Part shown: piece by piece, positions 52,669 through 61,084 of the stretch | Layout: each line of letters begins with the position of its first letter | Position numbering within the stretch: the first letter of the stretch is position 1 | From: Candidatus Micrarchaeota archaeon | GTDB taxonomy: Archaea; Micrarchaeota; Micrarchaeia; Micrarchaeales; CABMGC01 | Length of the DNA stretch: 64,000 nt | NCBI GenBank assembly: GCA_028867435.1 | Contig: JAGWGI010000001.1 | Coordinates: 19,996-83,995, forward strand | Reading direction: 5' to 3' | Made by a program: the position numbers and the translations under genes | The notes under the pieces: generated by a model | What the model saw: the letters and a program-made list of their open reading frames with translations, nothing else | What the model was told of the DNA's origin: nothing | The model's database searches: none

Positions 52669-53325
52669 ATGAAGTTGCTCTTAACTTCTAATGGGATAAC
52701 CAACAAATCGCTAGCTGCCGCACTTAGAAAATTGGTGAAAGGAAGAGTGAGGACTGCTTTTATCCCTACGGCTGCCAATCTCTCAAAAAGCAAGGACAGG
52801 AACTGGCTGGTGGAGCATTACAATCAGTTCAGACGGCTAGGCCCGATTGACATTGTCGACATATCGGCTGTGGATAGGAGAATCTGGCTGCCCAGAATCA
52901 GGTATGCAAACGTGATTGTTTTTGGAGGGGGAGGGGGAGAGGGAATATCCCATTTAATGCACTGGATAATAAAATCCGGTTTGAAAAAAGAGCTTCCCAA
53001 ACTTTTAAATAGGCGAATTTATGTAGGGATAAGCGCCGGCAGCATAATAGCATCAAAAAGCCTGGTTACCTCTTCCGAATTCCTTTATTCCAAAAGTAAG
53101 ATGACGGCGCCCGCTGGCCTTGGTTATGTCGATTTCTGGGTCAGGCCGCATTTCAATTCCGCACGTTTCCCTAAGTTGAAAGGTAGATACTTGAATCTGG
53201 TCGCAGGGAAAATCGGGGATATTTACGCAATTGATGACAGGACAGGCATAGTTTGTGAAGATGGCATTGTTAGAGTTGTTTCTGAAGGGGAATGGAGAAG
53301 ATATCCTGAGATAAAAACGTTATGA
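52669..53325 (+). CDS. Peptidase S51 (dipeptidase E-like) / class I glutamine amidotransferase-like protein
   Basis: MKLLLTSNG, FIPTAAN, GISAGSIIA (nucleophile-elbow Ser), and a His in FWVRPHFN. Confidence 0.7.
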   Translation: MKLLLTSNGITNKSLAAALRKLVKGRVRTAFIPTAANLSKSKDRNWLVEHYNQFRRLGPIDIVDISAVDRRIWLPRIRYANVIVFGGGGGEGISHLMHWIIKSGLKKELPKLLNRRIYVGISAGSIIASKSLVTSSEFLYSKSKMTAPAGLGYVDFWVRPHFNSARFPKLKGRYLNLVAGKIGDIYAIDDRTGIVCEDGIVRVVSEGEWRRYPEIKTL

Positions 53326-53444
53326 CTTTAGTACGCCAAAATGGGTGGTTCGATTCCAAGACAACCTAAATCGGGTTTTTTCTGGACTGAGTTGCGGTGA
53401 GGGTATAATTTATAGTATTTCAGTTGCCATCTGATTTTGAGTTA

Positions 53445-53873
53445 ATGGCGGAAAAGCTACAGTTCAAGGACCATGTGGTCATATGCGGCTATGGGATAGT
53501 GGGAGAGCGCATAGGGGAGATACTGCTTCAGAGCAAGATGAAGTTTGTGGTCATAGAGCAGGACGCGACCAAGGTCGAACTTCTTGAGGAGAGGGGGGTG
53601 GGTGTGATTGTGGGAGATGCGACCTCATCCAAAACTTTGAAGGAGGCAAACATCGCTTCGGCTAGGGCGATTGCGGTTGTGATGGATGACGACGCGAAGA
53701 ACCTCTTCACTGTTATCACCGCGAAGAGCCTGAACCCGAAAATAATAATAGCCACAAGGGCAAACAACGAATTCATAAAGAACAAGCTTGAGGGGGCTGG
53801 GGCTAGCTTCATAGCTACGCCAAACATCTCAACCAGCGAGGAGCTCTTCAAGGAGATAATAAAGGAGTTGTAA
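53445..53873 (+). CDS. Soluble RCK/TrkA-N (NAD-binding-like) domain protein
   Basis: HVVICGYGIVGERIGEIL (GxGxxG), VVIEQD, VGDAT. The ATG at 53445 is preferred over the TTG at 53424. Confidence 0.75.
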   Translation: MAEKLQFKDHVVICGYGIVGERIGEILLQSKMKFVVIEQDATKVELLEERGVGVIVGDATSSKTLKEANIASARAIAVVMDDDAKNLFTVITAKSLNPKIIIATRANNEFIKNKLEGAGASFIATPNISTSEELFKEIIKEL

Positions 53874-53875
53874 CC

Positions 53876-54652
53876 ATGCCCACGCGCCCAGAAGAGGAGA
53901 CTAGGAACGTCTTGGTCGCTGCGGTGATAGTGGGAGCGGTGATAATGCTCTTTTCGGTTGCCGTGCTCTGGCTTTTAACCAACAACATCTACCTTGATGC
54001 CTACTACACCATAGAGACTTTTTTTGACACACCAAACACCTCCGCTTCCTTTAACCTTGCAACCATAGCCTTCCAGTCCGTAGGCTGGAGGTTCGCCTCG
54101 CTTGTGGGGATAGTGGTCATAGACAACCTGAGCAACCTGATAGTGGTCAGCTTCGTGATAGCTGCAGTGCTCGACATAATAAGGTACGCCGACATCGAGG
54201 ACTCGATAAACAAGTTCCGCGCCGGATGGAAAAAGGGGCACGTGATTGTCTGCGGCTACAATGAGGTGAGCGCGGCACTGATAGACAAGCTGCTCAACAG
54301 GAAGATGGATGTGGTCGTTGTCGATGGCGAGAGGACGACTGCACTCTCGCTCAACAAGCGCGGGGTGATCACCATCACAGGAAGGTTCATGGAGAGCGGG
54401 ATTTTGGGAATGGCAGGGATAGGGAACGCTGGAGTGATAGTCTTCGCCTCGGAAAACGACCTTGACAACCTGATAGGGGCGATAACCGCAAAGAAGCTCA
54501 ACGAGAACGTGAGGATAATGTCAAGAGTCAGCGGCGACGAAGTAAGGAACAAGATGTACAGGCTGGGGGTCGACATGTGCGTGCTTCCCGAATACCTTGC
54601 GGGGGTAGAGCTTGGCGAGAGCTTGGTGAAAGTAATGAAGAGCGTGAAATGA
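53876..54652 (+). CDS. 2-TM channel-like protein fused to an RCK/TrkA-N domain, no canonical K+ filter
   Basis: TM1 VLVAAVIVGAVIMLFSVAVLWLL, pore-helix-like AYYTIETFFDTPNTS, TM2, then HVIVCGYNEVSAALIDKL. Confidence 0.6.
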   Translation: MPTRPEEETRNVLVAAVIVGAVIMLFSVAVLWLLTNNIYLDAYYTIETFFDTPNTSASFNLATIAFQSVGWRFASLVGIVVIDNLSNLIVVSFVIAAVLDIIRYADIEDSINKFRAGWKKGHVIVCGYNEVSAALIDKLLNRKMDVVVVDGERTTALSLNKRGVITITGRFMESGILGMAGIGNAGVIVFASENDLDNLIGAITAKKLNENVRIMSRVSGDEVRNKMYRLGVDMCVLPEYLAGVELGESLVKVMKSVK

Positions 54653-55386
54653 TGGAGTTTCGGGCCATACAAAAAATACTATTGGTGGTGCTTGTTGTGA
54701 TATTTTGCATCTCCACAGGCTTTGCGCTAATAGCCGGGTACGGTATCTTCACCTCGGTTTTTTGGAGCTTCATGAACATCATAGGCGCGGACTTTCCGCC
54801 AGCAAGCTCGCTTGTGGACCCTCACAACCTCCTCCTCTTCGTGGCAGACGGGCTTGACATACAGGGCAAGCTGATAATAACTATAATTTTGACCACTATC
54901 TTCTACCAGTTGCTCGGGCGCTTCGACCTAAAGGGCCGCGTCATGCAAAAAAAGCTAAGGAGCATGTCAGGGCACGTGATACTAACGCCTGCTGATGGGA
55001 TCGCGGTGGAGATGGCAAGGAAACTGCAGAAATTCGGCAAGGGATACGTGATTGTCGAGCAGAATCCGCACATGGTCAAGAAGCTGCTAAACGAAGGGTT
55101 CCTTGTAATCAACGCCGACCCCGCACAGCAAGATTCCCTTGAAACCGCAGGGGTTAGGAGGGCTTCGTACCTGCTACTGCTTGACGAGGACGATGTGAGG
55201 AACACGCTGATAGCCATAGAGGCAAAGCGGATAAACGAGAACCTAGAGATAGTTGCAAGGATAAAGAGGCAGGAGGACATAGCCAGGATGAAGCGCGCAG
55301 GGATAAGCAGGCTGGTGCTCCCAGAGATTTCCATAGGGGACAAAATAGGGGAATTCGTAACCGAGACCTCAAGTAAGAGTATTTAA
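54649..55386 (+). CDS. 2-TM channel-like protein fused to an RCK/TrkA-N domain, degenerate filter
   Basis: Start ATGATG overlaps the upstream stop. SVFWSFMNIIGADFPP sits where K+ channels have ...TTVGYGD..P, followed by an RCK domain (HVILTPADGIAVEMARKL, VIVEQN). Confidence 0.6.
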   Translation: MMEFRAIQKILLVVLVVIFCISTGFALIAGYGIFTSVFWSFMNIIGADFPPASSLVDPHNLLLFVADGLDIQGKLIITIILTTIFYQLLGRFDLKGRVMQKKLRSMSGHVILTPADGIAVEMARKLQKFGKGYVIVEQNPHMVKKLLNEGFLVINADPAQQDSLETAGVRRASYLLLLDEDDVRNTLIAIEAKRINENLEIVARIKRQEDIARMKRAGISRLVLPEISIGDKIGEFVTETSSKSI

Positions 55387-55414
55387 AACTTTAAATGATA
55401 GTGTATTTGGTGTT

Positions 55415-56632
55415 ATGGCAGGACCAGACCTTACTACTACTGGAATAGACGCGCTTGTTGATTACCTTAAGGCACATGGGGAGACTGAGGAATCAAAACT
55501 TGCCACCGAGCTAAAGGTGAGCGAGAAGGTGATCGAGGAGTGGTCAGAGGTGCTCGAGAAGGCGAAGATGGTAAAGATATCCTACAGGGTTGGGAGGATG
55601 TTCGTTGCTCTGCTGGTGGGCGCTGCGGCGGGAGACGGGCAGACGCTAAAGAGCGAGATTGGGGTGAGGAAGGAGAGCCTTCAGAGCGAAGTTTCCTCGC
55701 AGCTCAACTTGATGCAGGAGTTCGACAAGAGGATAGTGGACCTTAGCAAGGTGGTCGGAAATGCGGAGAGCCTCTTCAAAAAGAACGCAGGCCCAATAAA
55801 AAAGGATCTTGATGATCTGGACAGGATAAAGAAGGAGACCGAAAAGCACTACAGCAGCATAAAGGAGGAGAAGGACAAGATAGACAAGATGTCTAGCACT
55901 CTTGACACAGAGATGCGGGCGCTTGAGGAGATAGCGGCCAAAATCCAGGGATTCAACGTGGGCAATTCCGAAGTCGATAAGGTGATGGTTGACGTCAAGG
56001 CGAAGGTAGCGCAGTACAGGGAGGCGGTGAAGGACAGCGAGATGGGATTCGAGAAGATGATAAGGGAGCAAAGAGAGAGCTTTAAGCACCTGCACGAGGC
56101 GATCTTCGAGGAGATGAAGATACTAAACGAATCGCTGGAGATGCAGAAAAAGCAGCTGGGAGAGAACCAGAAGCTGGAGAAGTACGCCAAAACAGAGGCG
56201 ATCAAGATGAAGGGGGAGGCAGAGAGGAGCAAGGGCAACATACTAAACAACCTTGGCAAGACAAAGCAGAGCCTTGACAACACGTACCCACTGATGGAGA
56301 AGAAGATAATGGAGATAAACGCAAAGGCGGAGGAGGTGAAGAAGGGCTTCGGGGGCCTTGCCCAGATTAACAGTCAGATAGGCGCGATAAAGCAGGAAAT
56401 CGAGGAGTCCAAAAGAGAGCATGATGAACTTGTGAAGGAGCTAAACTCCCTGAATGCGCAGGCAAAGGGCATGGAAGCGCTCAAGAAGAGCAACGAGGAG
56501 AAGAAGGCGATAGTAGAGGATTACGTAAAGAAGGCCGCGAAGACCAATGAGAGGGTGCAGAGCCTTGACAAGAAGATAGCGGGCGCCAAGAGCAAGGCCG
56601 AGGGTCTCGGAGCTGGAGCCAGTGACAAGTGA
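55415..56632 (+). CDS. Winged-helix-like N-terminal domain plus long coiled-coil protein (pilus-locus accessory)
   Basis: GIDALVDYLKAHGETEESKLATELKVSEKVIEEWSEVLEK, then ~300 aa of charged heptad-like sequence. Confidence 0.45.
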   Translation: MAGPDLTTTGIDALVDYLKAHGETEESKLATELKVSEKVIEEWSEVLEKAKMVKISYRVGRMFVALLVGAAAGDGQTLKSEIGVRKESLQSEVSSQLNLMQEFDKRIVDLSKVVGNAESLFKKNAGPIKKDLDDLDRIKKETEKHYSSIKEEKDKIDKMSSTLDTEMRALEEIAAKIQGFNVGNSEVDKVMVDVKAKVAQYREAVKDSEMGFEKMIREQRESFKHLHEAIFEEMKILNESLEMQKKQLGENQKLEKYAKTEAIKMKGEAERSKGNILNNLGKTKQSLDNTYPLMEKKIMEINAKAEEVKKGFGGLAQINSQIGAIKQEIEESKREHDELVKELNSLNAQAKGMEALKKSNEEKKAIVEDYVKKAAKTNERVQSLDKKIAGAKSKAEGLGAGASDK

Positions 56633-56636
56633 GGAT

Positions 56637-58148
56637 ATGGTTGATGCGCAGGACCTCAACAAATACGAGGAGTATGAGCTCGATGCCCACGGACTCAGGG
56701 TAAACATAAAGGTGCACGAGTCAAAGGACGAGTTCGTCCCAGTCTACGAGGTGACAGTGCCGGGACTTGGGGAGGCCACCAAGATACTTCTGCTCTCGCT
56801 TAGAAACGAGCTTCTATCTCTTGTACCAATAGATCCGACAAGAATAGAAGACAAGGAGTATTTAGACGAGCTCGCAAGAAAGTATACCGATGCGTCTGGG
56901 CTGATAGTTGAGAAATATCTTCCCGGCACCGCCCCAGAGGTGAAGAAGATACTGGTGGCTTATATCATAAGCATCATGCTCGGTCTCGGGGATCTGGAGG
57001 TTCCGCTTTCCGACGATAATCTGGAAGAAATCGTTGTTAACAACTCAAGGGAGCCGCTCTGGGTGTTCCACAAGAAGTTCGGATGGTGCAAAAGCAACAT
57101 CAAGCTTCCCGATGAGAATTTGATATATGACGATGCAGAGCAGATAGGCAGGAGGGTGGGGAGGCAGATATCAAACCTCTCGCCGCTCATGGATGCGGAG
57201 ATGCCTGACGGATCAAGGGTCAACGCAACGCTATACCCCATATCGCAAAAAGGGAACACGATCACGATAAGAAAGTTCGCAAAGAACCCGTGGACCATGC
57301 CTGCACTCATAGCAAACAACACGATTTCTAGCGAGATAGCCGCGATAATCTGGCTGTGCGTGCAGAACGAGATCAGCGTTCTCATATCCGGTGGAACAGC
57401 CAGCGGAAAGACAAGTTTTCTAAACGCCATGTCGGTCTTCATGCCTGAGAACCACAGGATAATCTCCGTAGAATCCGACAGGGAGCTCACGCTCCCATCG
57501 TATCTGCACTGGGTGCCGATGGTAACAAGGCAGCCAAATCCTGAAGGCAAGGGGGAAGTTACGCTCTACAACCTTATGATAAACGCCCTCAGGCAGCGTC
57601 CTGACATAATGCTCATAGGGGAGATCAGGACAGAGAAGGACGCAGAGACCCTCTTTGAGGCGATCCACACCGGTCACGCAGTATACGGGACTGTGCACGC
57701 GGATAGCGCGCAGGACACAATAATAAGGATGACAAACCCGCCAATCAACATACCAAAGCTTCTGATAAACGCGATAGGCGGGGTGATCACTCTTTTCAGG
57801 CACAGGCGTCTTGGGATAAGGAGGACACTGGAGTTCGGGGAGATACTAAGGACTGGGGATGTCAATGTGCTCTACAGGTGGAACATCAGGACGGATACGT
57901 TCATGCAGATCGCTGATCTCTCAAGGCTCGCAGAATTGATAATGCTCTATGGAGGGTATACCAGAAACGAGATAAACGTTGACATAAAGGAGAAGTCTGT
58001 GCTTTTGGAGTGGCTGGTCAAGAACAAGGTGGTCTCAGTGGACGAGGTAGGTCTTGTGATAGCAAACTACTACAAGAACAGGGCAAGGGTGCTTGAGATA
58101 GTGGCGTCGAATTCAGCGTACGACCCTTCGCTCTTCAAGAGGGGTTGA
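56637..58148 (+). CDS. Type II/IV secretion-family ATPase (FlaI/PilB/VirB11/TadA-like)
   Basis: Walker A ISGGTASGKTSFLNA, Asp box ISVESDRELTL, Walker B PDIMLIGEIR, His box GHAVYGTVHADSAQD. The ATG at 56637 is preferred over the GTG at 56622. Confidence 0.85.
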   Translation: MVDAQDLNKYEEYELDAHGLRVNIKVHESKDEFVPVYEVTVPGLGEATKILLLSLRNELLSLVPIDPTRIEDKEYLDELARKYTDASGLIVEKYLPGTAPEVKKILVAYIISIMLGLGDLEVPLSDDNLEEIVVNNSREPLWVFHKKFGWCKSNIKLPDENLIYDDAEQIGRRVGRQISNLSPLMDAEMPDGSRVNATLYPISQKGNTITIRKFAKNPWTMPALIANNTISSEIAAIIWLCVQNEISVLISGGTASGKTSFLNAMSVFMPENHRIISVESDRELTLPSYLHWVPMVTRQPNPEGKGEVTLYNLMINALRQRPDIMLIGEIRTEKDAETLFEAIHTGHAVYGTVHADSAQDTIIRMTNPPINIPKLLINAIGGVITLFRHRRLGIRRTLEFGEILRTGDVNVLYRWNIRTDTFMQIADLSRLAELIMLYGGYTRNEINVDIKEKSVLLEWLVKNKVVSVDEVGLVIANYYKNRARVLEIVASNSAYDPSLFKRG

Positions 58149-58149
58149 T

Positions 58150-58854
58150 TTGGAATTCGCGACTTACGATTACAACAGGGCTGTTGACGAGGTATCTAGG
58201 ATTGACGAGGGTTTTGCCGGGCCTGGGGAGATAACGATAAGCCCAAAGGAGGCATTCGCCCAAAGCCAGAGCGAGGGAAGCTACGACTACGAGGATGCGT
58301 GCACGATAATAGTGGCTGCTGAGGCACAGATGCTATCAGAGCAGCAGGTTGCGCAGCAACAGCAGCGCTCTGGCTCTTTTGGAGCAGTGCCTATAGTTCC
58401 GGCAAGGGAAGTGATAGATACTGCGGCTAGGATCAAGAGCAGGATAGGGAAGGTGGAGATTAGCAAGAGGCTGCTCGAACTTGACAAGAAGGCCCTTGGA
58501 GCGGCTGCTAGCATACGCGGCATAGTTGAAGGCGCAGGCAGGGAGCTTGGGGGCGCGGGAAAGAGCCTTGAGGGCAAGATGGAAGAGGGAATTGCAAGGG
58601 CGAGGAGCAGGAAGCTGGTCCTCCCGACCCTCTCGATACAGGATCAGATACACGACCTCGAGGGAATAGTTAAGGGGCTCCAGAGCAATGCGTTTGATGG
58701 CGAGCAGCTTGGCGTTGTCAGGGAGGAGGTACTTGGCACAATAGAGCTTGAGAAGGTCTCGCAGGGCAAGAAGAACGAAGATCAGGAGCTTGCTGGACTG
58801 CGGGACAGGCTTTTAGATCAGGCGAAGAATAGCCTTTTAAGCACGAATAATTAA
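58150..58854 (+). CDS. Hypothetical acidic/Gln-rich protein in the pilus locus
   Basis: ORF only, TTG start, low-complexity QQVAQQQQRSG, no TM helices. Confidence 0.35.
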   Translation: MEFATYDYNRAVDEVSRIDEGFAGPGEITISPKEAFAQSQSEGSYDYEDACTIIVAAEAQMLSEQQVAQQQQRSGSFGAVPIVPAREVIDTAARIKSRIGKVEISKRLLELDKKALGAAASIRGIVEGAGRELGGAGKSLEGKMEEGIARARSRKLVLPTLSIQDQIHDLEGIVKGLQSNAFDGEQLGVVREEVLGTIELEKVSQGKKNEDQELAGLRDRLLDQAKNSLLSTNN

Positions 58855-58861
58855 TTGTAAG

Positions 58862-59962
58862 ATGTGTTGGCGTATGCTCTTTAAGAAGAAGGATGGCGAC
58901 AGGGGCAAAAATGCTGATACGCCCAACCAACAGGGAGAGCAGCAGGCCGGGCAGCCGCTTGCCTTCACGAAGCAGAAGCGCTTTTTTGGCTTTAAGATAA
59001 AGTCAAAGCCGATCTACGGGCCGCAGATGCTGCAGGAGAAGATGAACGAGCTGCAGGCAAAACAGCAGGCTGAGGCTGCAAAGCAGCAGGGTTCTTCAAT
59101 GGCGCCTGCCCACGAAGCCAAAAAATACACGCCGTTTCAGATATTTTTGGCCCAGACTGCAGCTAAGCATCCGGAGCTTGAGCTTGCGCTGGTTGAGCAG
59201 GGGATCAAGGTGAGCCCATACGACTTTGTGAAAAAGATGTTCACTTATGCCGCAGTACTCGCCGTGGTGCTTGCCGTAGTGCTCAGCGCAGTGCTCTCCA
59301 CTCTTCTCTACAGTGTCTCAAGCGGGATAGTGTTTGGGATGACTCTGGGCCTTGCGGTGTTCTACGCGTTCTTTAACAAGTTCATGAGCTATCCTGTTGA
59401 CAGGAGCAGGAACATAGGAAAGGACGTGGAGAGAGACATACTCTTTGCAATGAGGGATATAGTAATAGGCATGCGCTCTGGCATGCCGCTATACAATGCG
59501 ATGACTGCTGTGAGCAGCGGATACGGCTCAGCTAGCAAGGAGTTCAGGAAGATAGTTGAGCTTGTGCAGCTCGGGCAGCCAATAGACAAGGCGATAGAGG
59601 ACGTGAGCAGGAGGAGCCTCTCGAAAACTTTCAAGAGGATGACACTGCAGGCAAGCGTGAGCATAAGATCTGGCGCAGACATAGTTTCTGCGCTACAGGG
59701 GGTGCTAGACGAAGTGAGCCAGGAGAGGGTGATTGAATTGAGAAGGTACGGGCAGAGGCTAAATGCGCTTGCTATGTTCTACATGCTCTTTGGGGTCATC
59801 TTCCCAAGCATGGGAATAGCTGTTGCCGTGATACTCACCACCTTCATAAGCATCTTCACGATAAACGCAACGACGCTAATAGCAGCGCTGGTGGGAATAT
59901 TCTTTTTGCAGATGGTCTTCCTCAACATAATGAGGACCTCAAGACCTACCTTTGCAATGTGA
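58862..59962 (+). CDS. T2SS-F-domain platform protein (TadB/TadC/FlaJ-half-like), copy 1
   Basis: One T2SSF-like module: ILFAMRDIVIGMRSGMPLYNAMTAV...LVQLGQPIDKAIEDV...SIRSGADIVSALQGVLDEV, flanked by TM helices. Confidence 0.7.
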   Translation: MCWRMLFKKKDGDRGKNADTPNQQGEQQAGQPLAFTKQKRFFGFKIKSKPIYGPQMLQEKMNELQAKQQAEAAKQQGSSMAPAHEAKKYTPFQIFLAQTAAKHPELELALVEQGIKVSPYDFVKKMFTYAAVLAVVLAVVLSAVLSTLLYSVSSGIVFGMTLGLAVFYAFFNKFMSYPVDRSRNIGKDVERDILFAMRDIVIGMRSGMPLYNAMTAVSSGYGSASKEFRKIVELVQLGQPIDKAIEDVSRRSLSKTFKRMTLQASVSIRSGADIVSALQGVLDEVSQERVIELRRYGQRLNALAMFYMLFGVIFPSMGIAVAVILTTFISIFTINATTLIAALVGIFFLQMVFLNIMRTSRPTFAM

Positions 59963-59966
59963 TGCC

Positions 59967-60986
59967 ATGGTTTCATTTGAGAAATTACTTTCAAGGAACA
60001 TCTCCCTCTTCATATCAGAGGAGCTGGATCTCGCCGGAATAAAGACCACTGTGGATGCCTTTTTCCAGATGGCGGCACTGCTGGGGCTGGCGATGCTGAT
60101 ACTTGTAACTCTGCTCTTCGTGCTGGCATTCAAGACAGACGTATTCGTGTCGGTAATTTTCGGGATTGGGGCTGCGCTCTTTCTTGAGATATTCATCTAC
60201 CTATACCTGGAGTTCAAGATAGAGCAGAGGAAGAACTTCATGGAGGGCATACTGCCAGACTACCTGCAGATAACCGCAGCCAACATAAGGAGCGGCATCT
60301 CGCTAGACAAGGCGATGGTGTTTGCGGCAAGGCCTGAGTTCAACTACTTCAGCGAGGATGTAAAGCTTGTGGCAAAGAACCTATATGCCGGGGATACTCT
60401 GCAGAACTCGCTTGGCCTGCTGGCAAAGAGGTACAGATCCTTGCAGCTAAAGCACACTGTGCGAATGGTCATAGAGGCGCTGCAGTACGGAGGAGGGATG
60501 ACAGATTTGCTCAACCAGGTGGCAAAGGATCTGAGGAACCAGGAGATAGTGCAAAAGGAGATTTCAGGGCAGCTTTTCATGTACACAATATTCATAGCCT
60601 TCGCAGCGCTAATCGGGGCGCCTGTGCTCTACGCGCTTACAAACCAGATGATCTGCATAACCTATCAGGTCTGGAATAACATTGGGGCGCAAAGCCCAGG
60701 AGGCGCGCTTCCGACAGCTGGAATCTCGTTTCTAAGGCCTACAAAGCCACAGGTGACGCCCACTGACTACCACGACTTCGCGCTCGGCGCCATATTTTTG
60801 ATAACTGGCTTTGGTGCATTCATATCTTCGGCGATATCCACAGGCTCTATTATAAAGGGGATCAGGTACTTCCCAATTTTCATACTCGTTGGATTTGCAA
60901 TATTCATTATAGTCTCAATAGTGATAGGGGGAATCTTCACTAACATAAGCGGAATCAGTAGCGGGGGCACCCATGTATCATGCTGA
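59967..60986 (+). CDS. T2SS-F-domain platform protein (TadB/TadC/FlaJ-half-like), copy 2
   Basis: LPDYLQITAANIRSGISLDKAMVFAA...NLYAGDTLQNSLGLL...ALQYGGGMTDLLNQVAKDL plus TM helices. The ATG at 59967 lies 4 nt after the upstream stop. Confidence 0.7.
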   Translation: MVSFEKLLSRNISLFISEELDLAGIKTTVDAFFQMAALLGLAMLILVTLLFVLAFKTDVFVSVIFGIGAALFLEIFIYLYLEFKIEQRKNFMEGILPDYLQITAANIRSGISLDKAMVFAARPEFNYFSEDVKLVAKNLYAGDTLQNSLGLLAKRYRSLQLKHTVRMVIEALQYGGGMTDLLNQVAKDLRNQEIVQKEISGQLFMYTIFIAFAALIGAPVLYALTNQMICITYQVWNNIGAQSPGGALPTAGISFLRPTKPQVTPTDYHDFALGAIFLITGFGAFISSAISTGSIIKGIRYFPIFILVGFAIFIIVSIVIGGIFTNISGISSGGTHVSC

Positions 60987-61084
60987 GTCGGAATGCCGGC
61001 TTGAACGAAAGCCATTTTTCTGCGCTAGATAGGAAATGGCCATTTTCTGCCAAAGAGCCTGCACTAATCTATGTCGGAGACAGT

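Noticed and set aside
53340-53370. A tRNA-like T-arm string, ggttcgattcc, in the spacer after the S51 peptidase gene. It could be a tRNA fragment or an att site.
   Set aside because: The flanking bases give only a 3-bp T stem. There is no acceptor, D or anticodon arm, and no match to the 3' end of the tRNA-Gln at 51302..51374.
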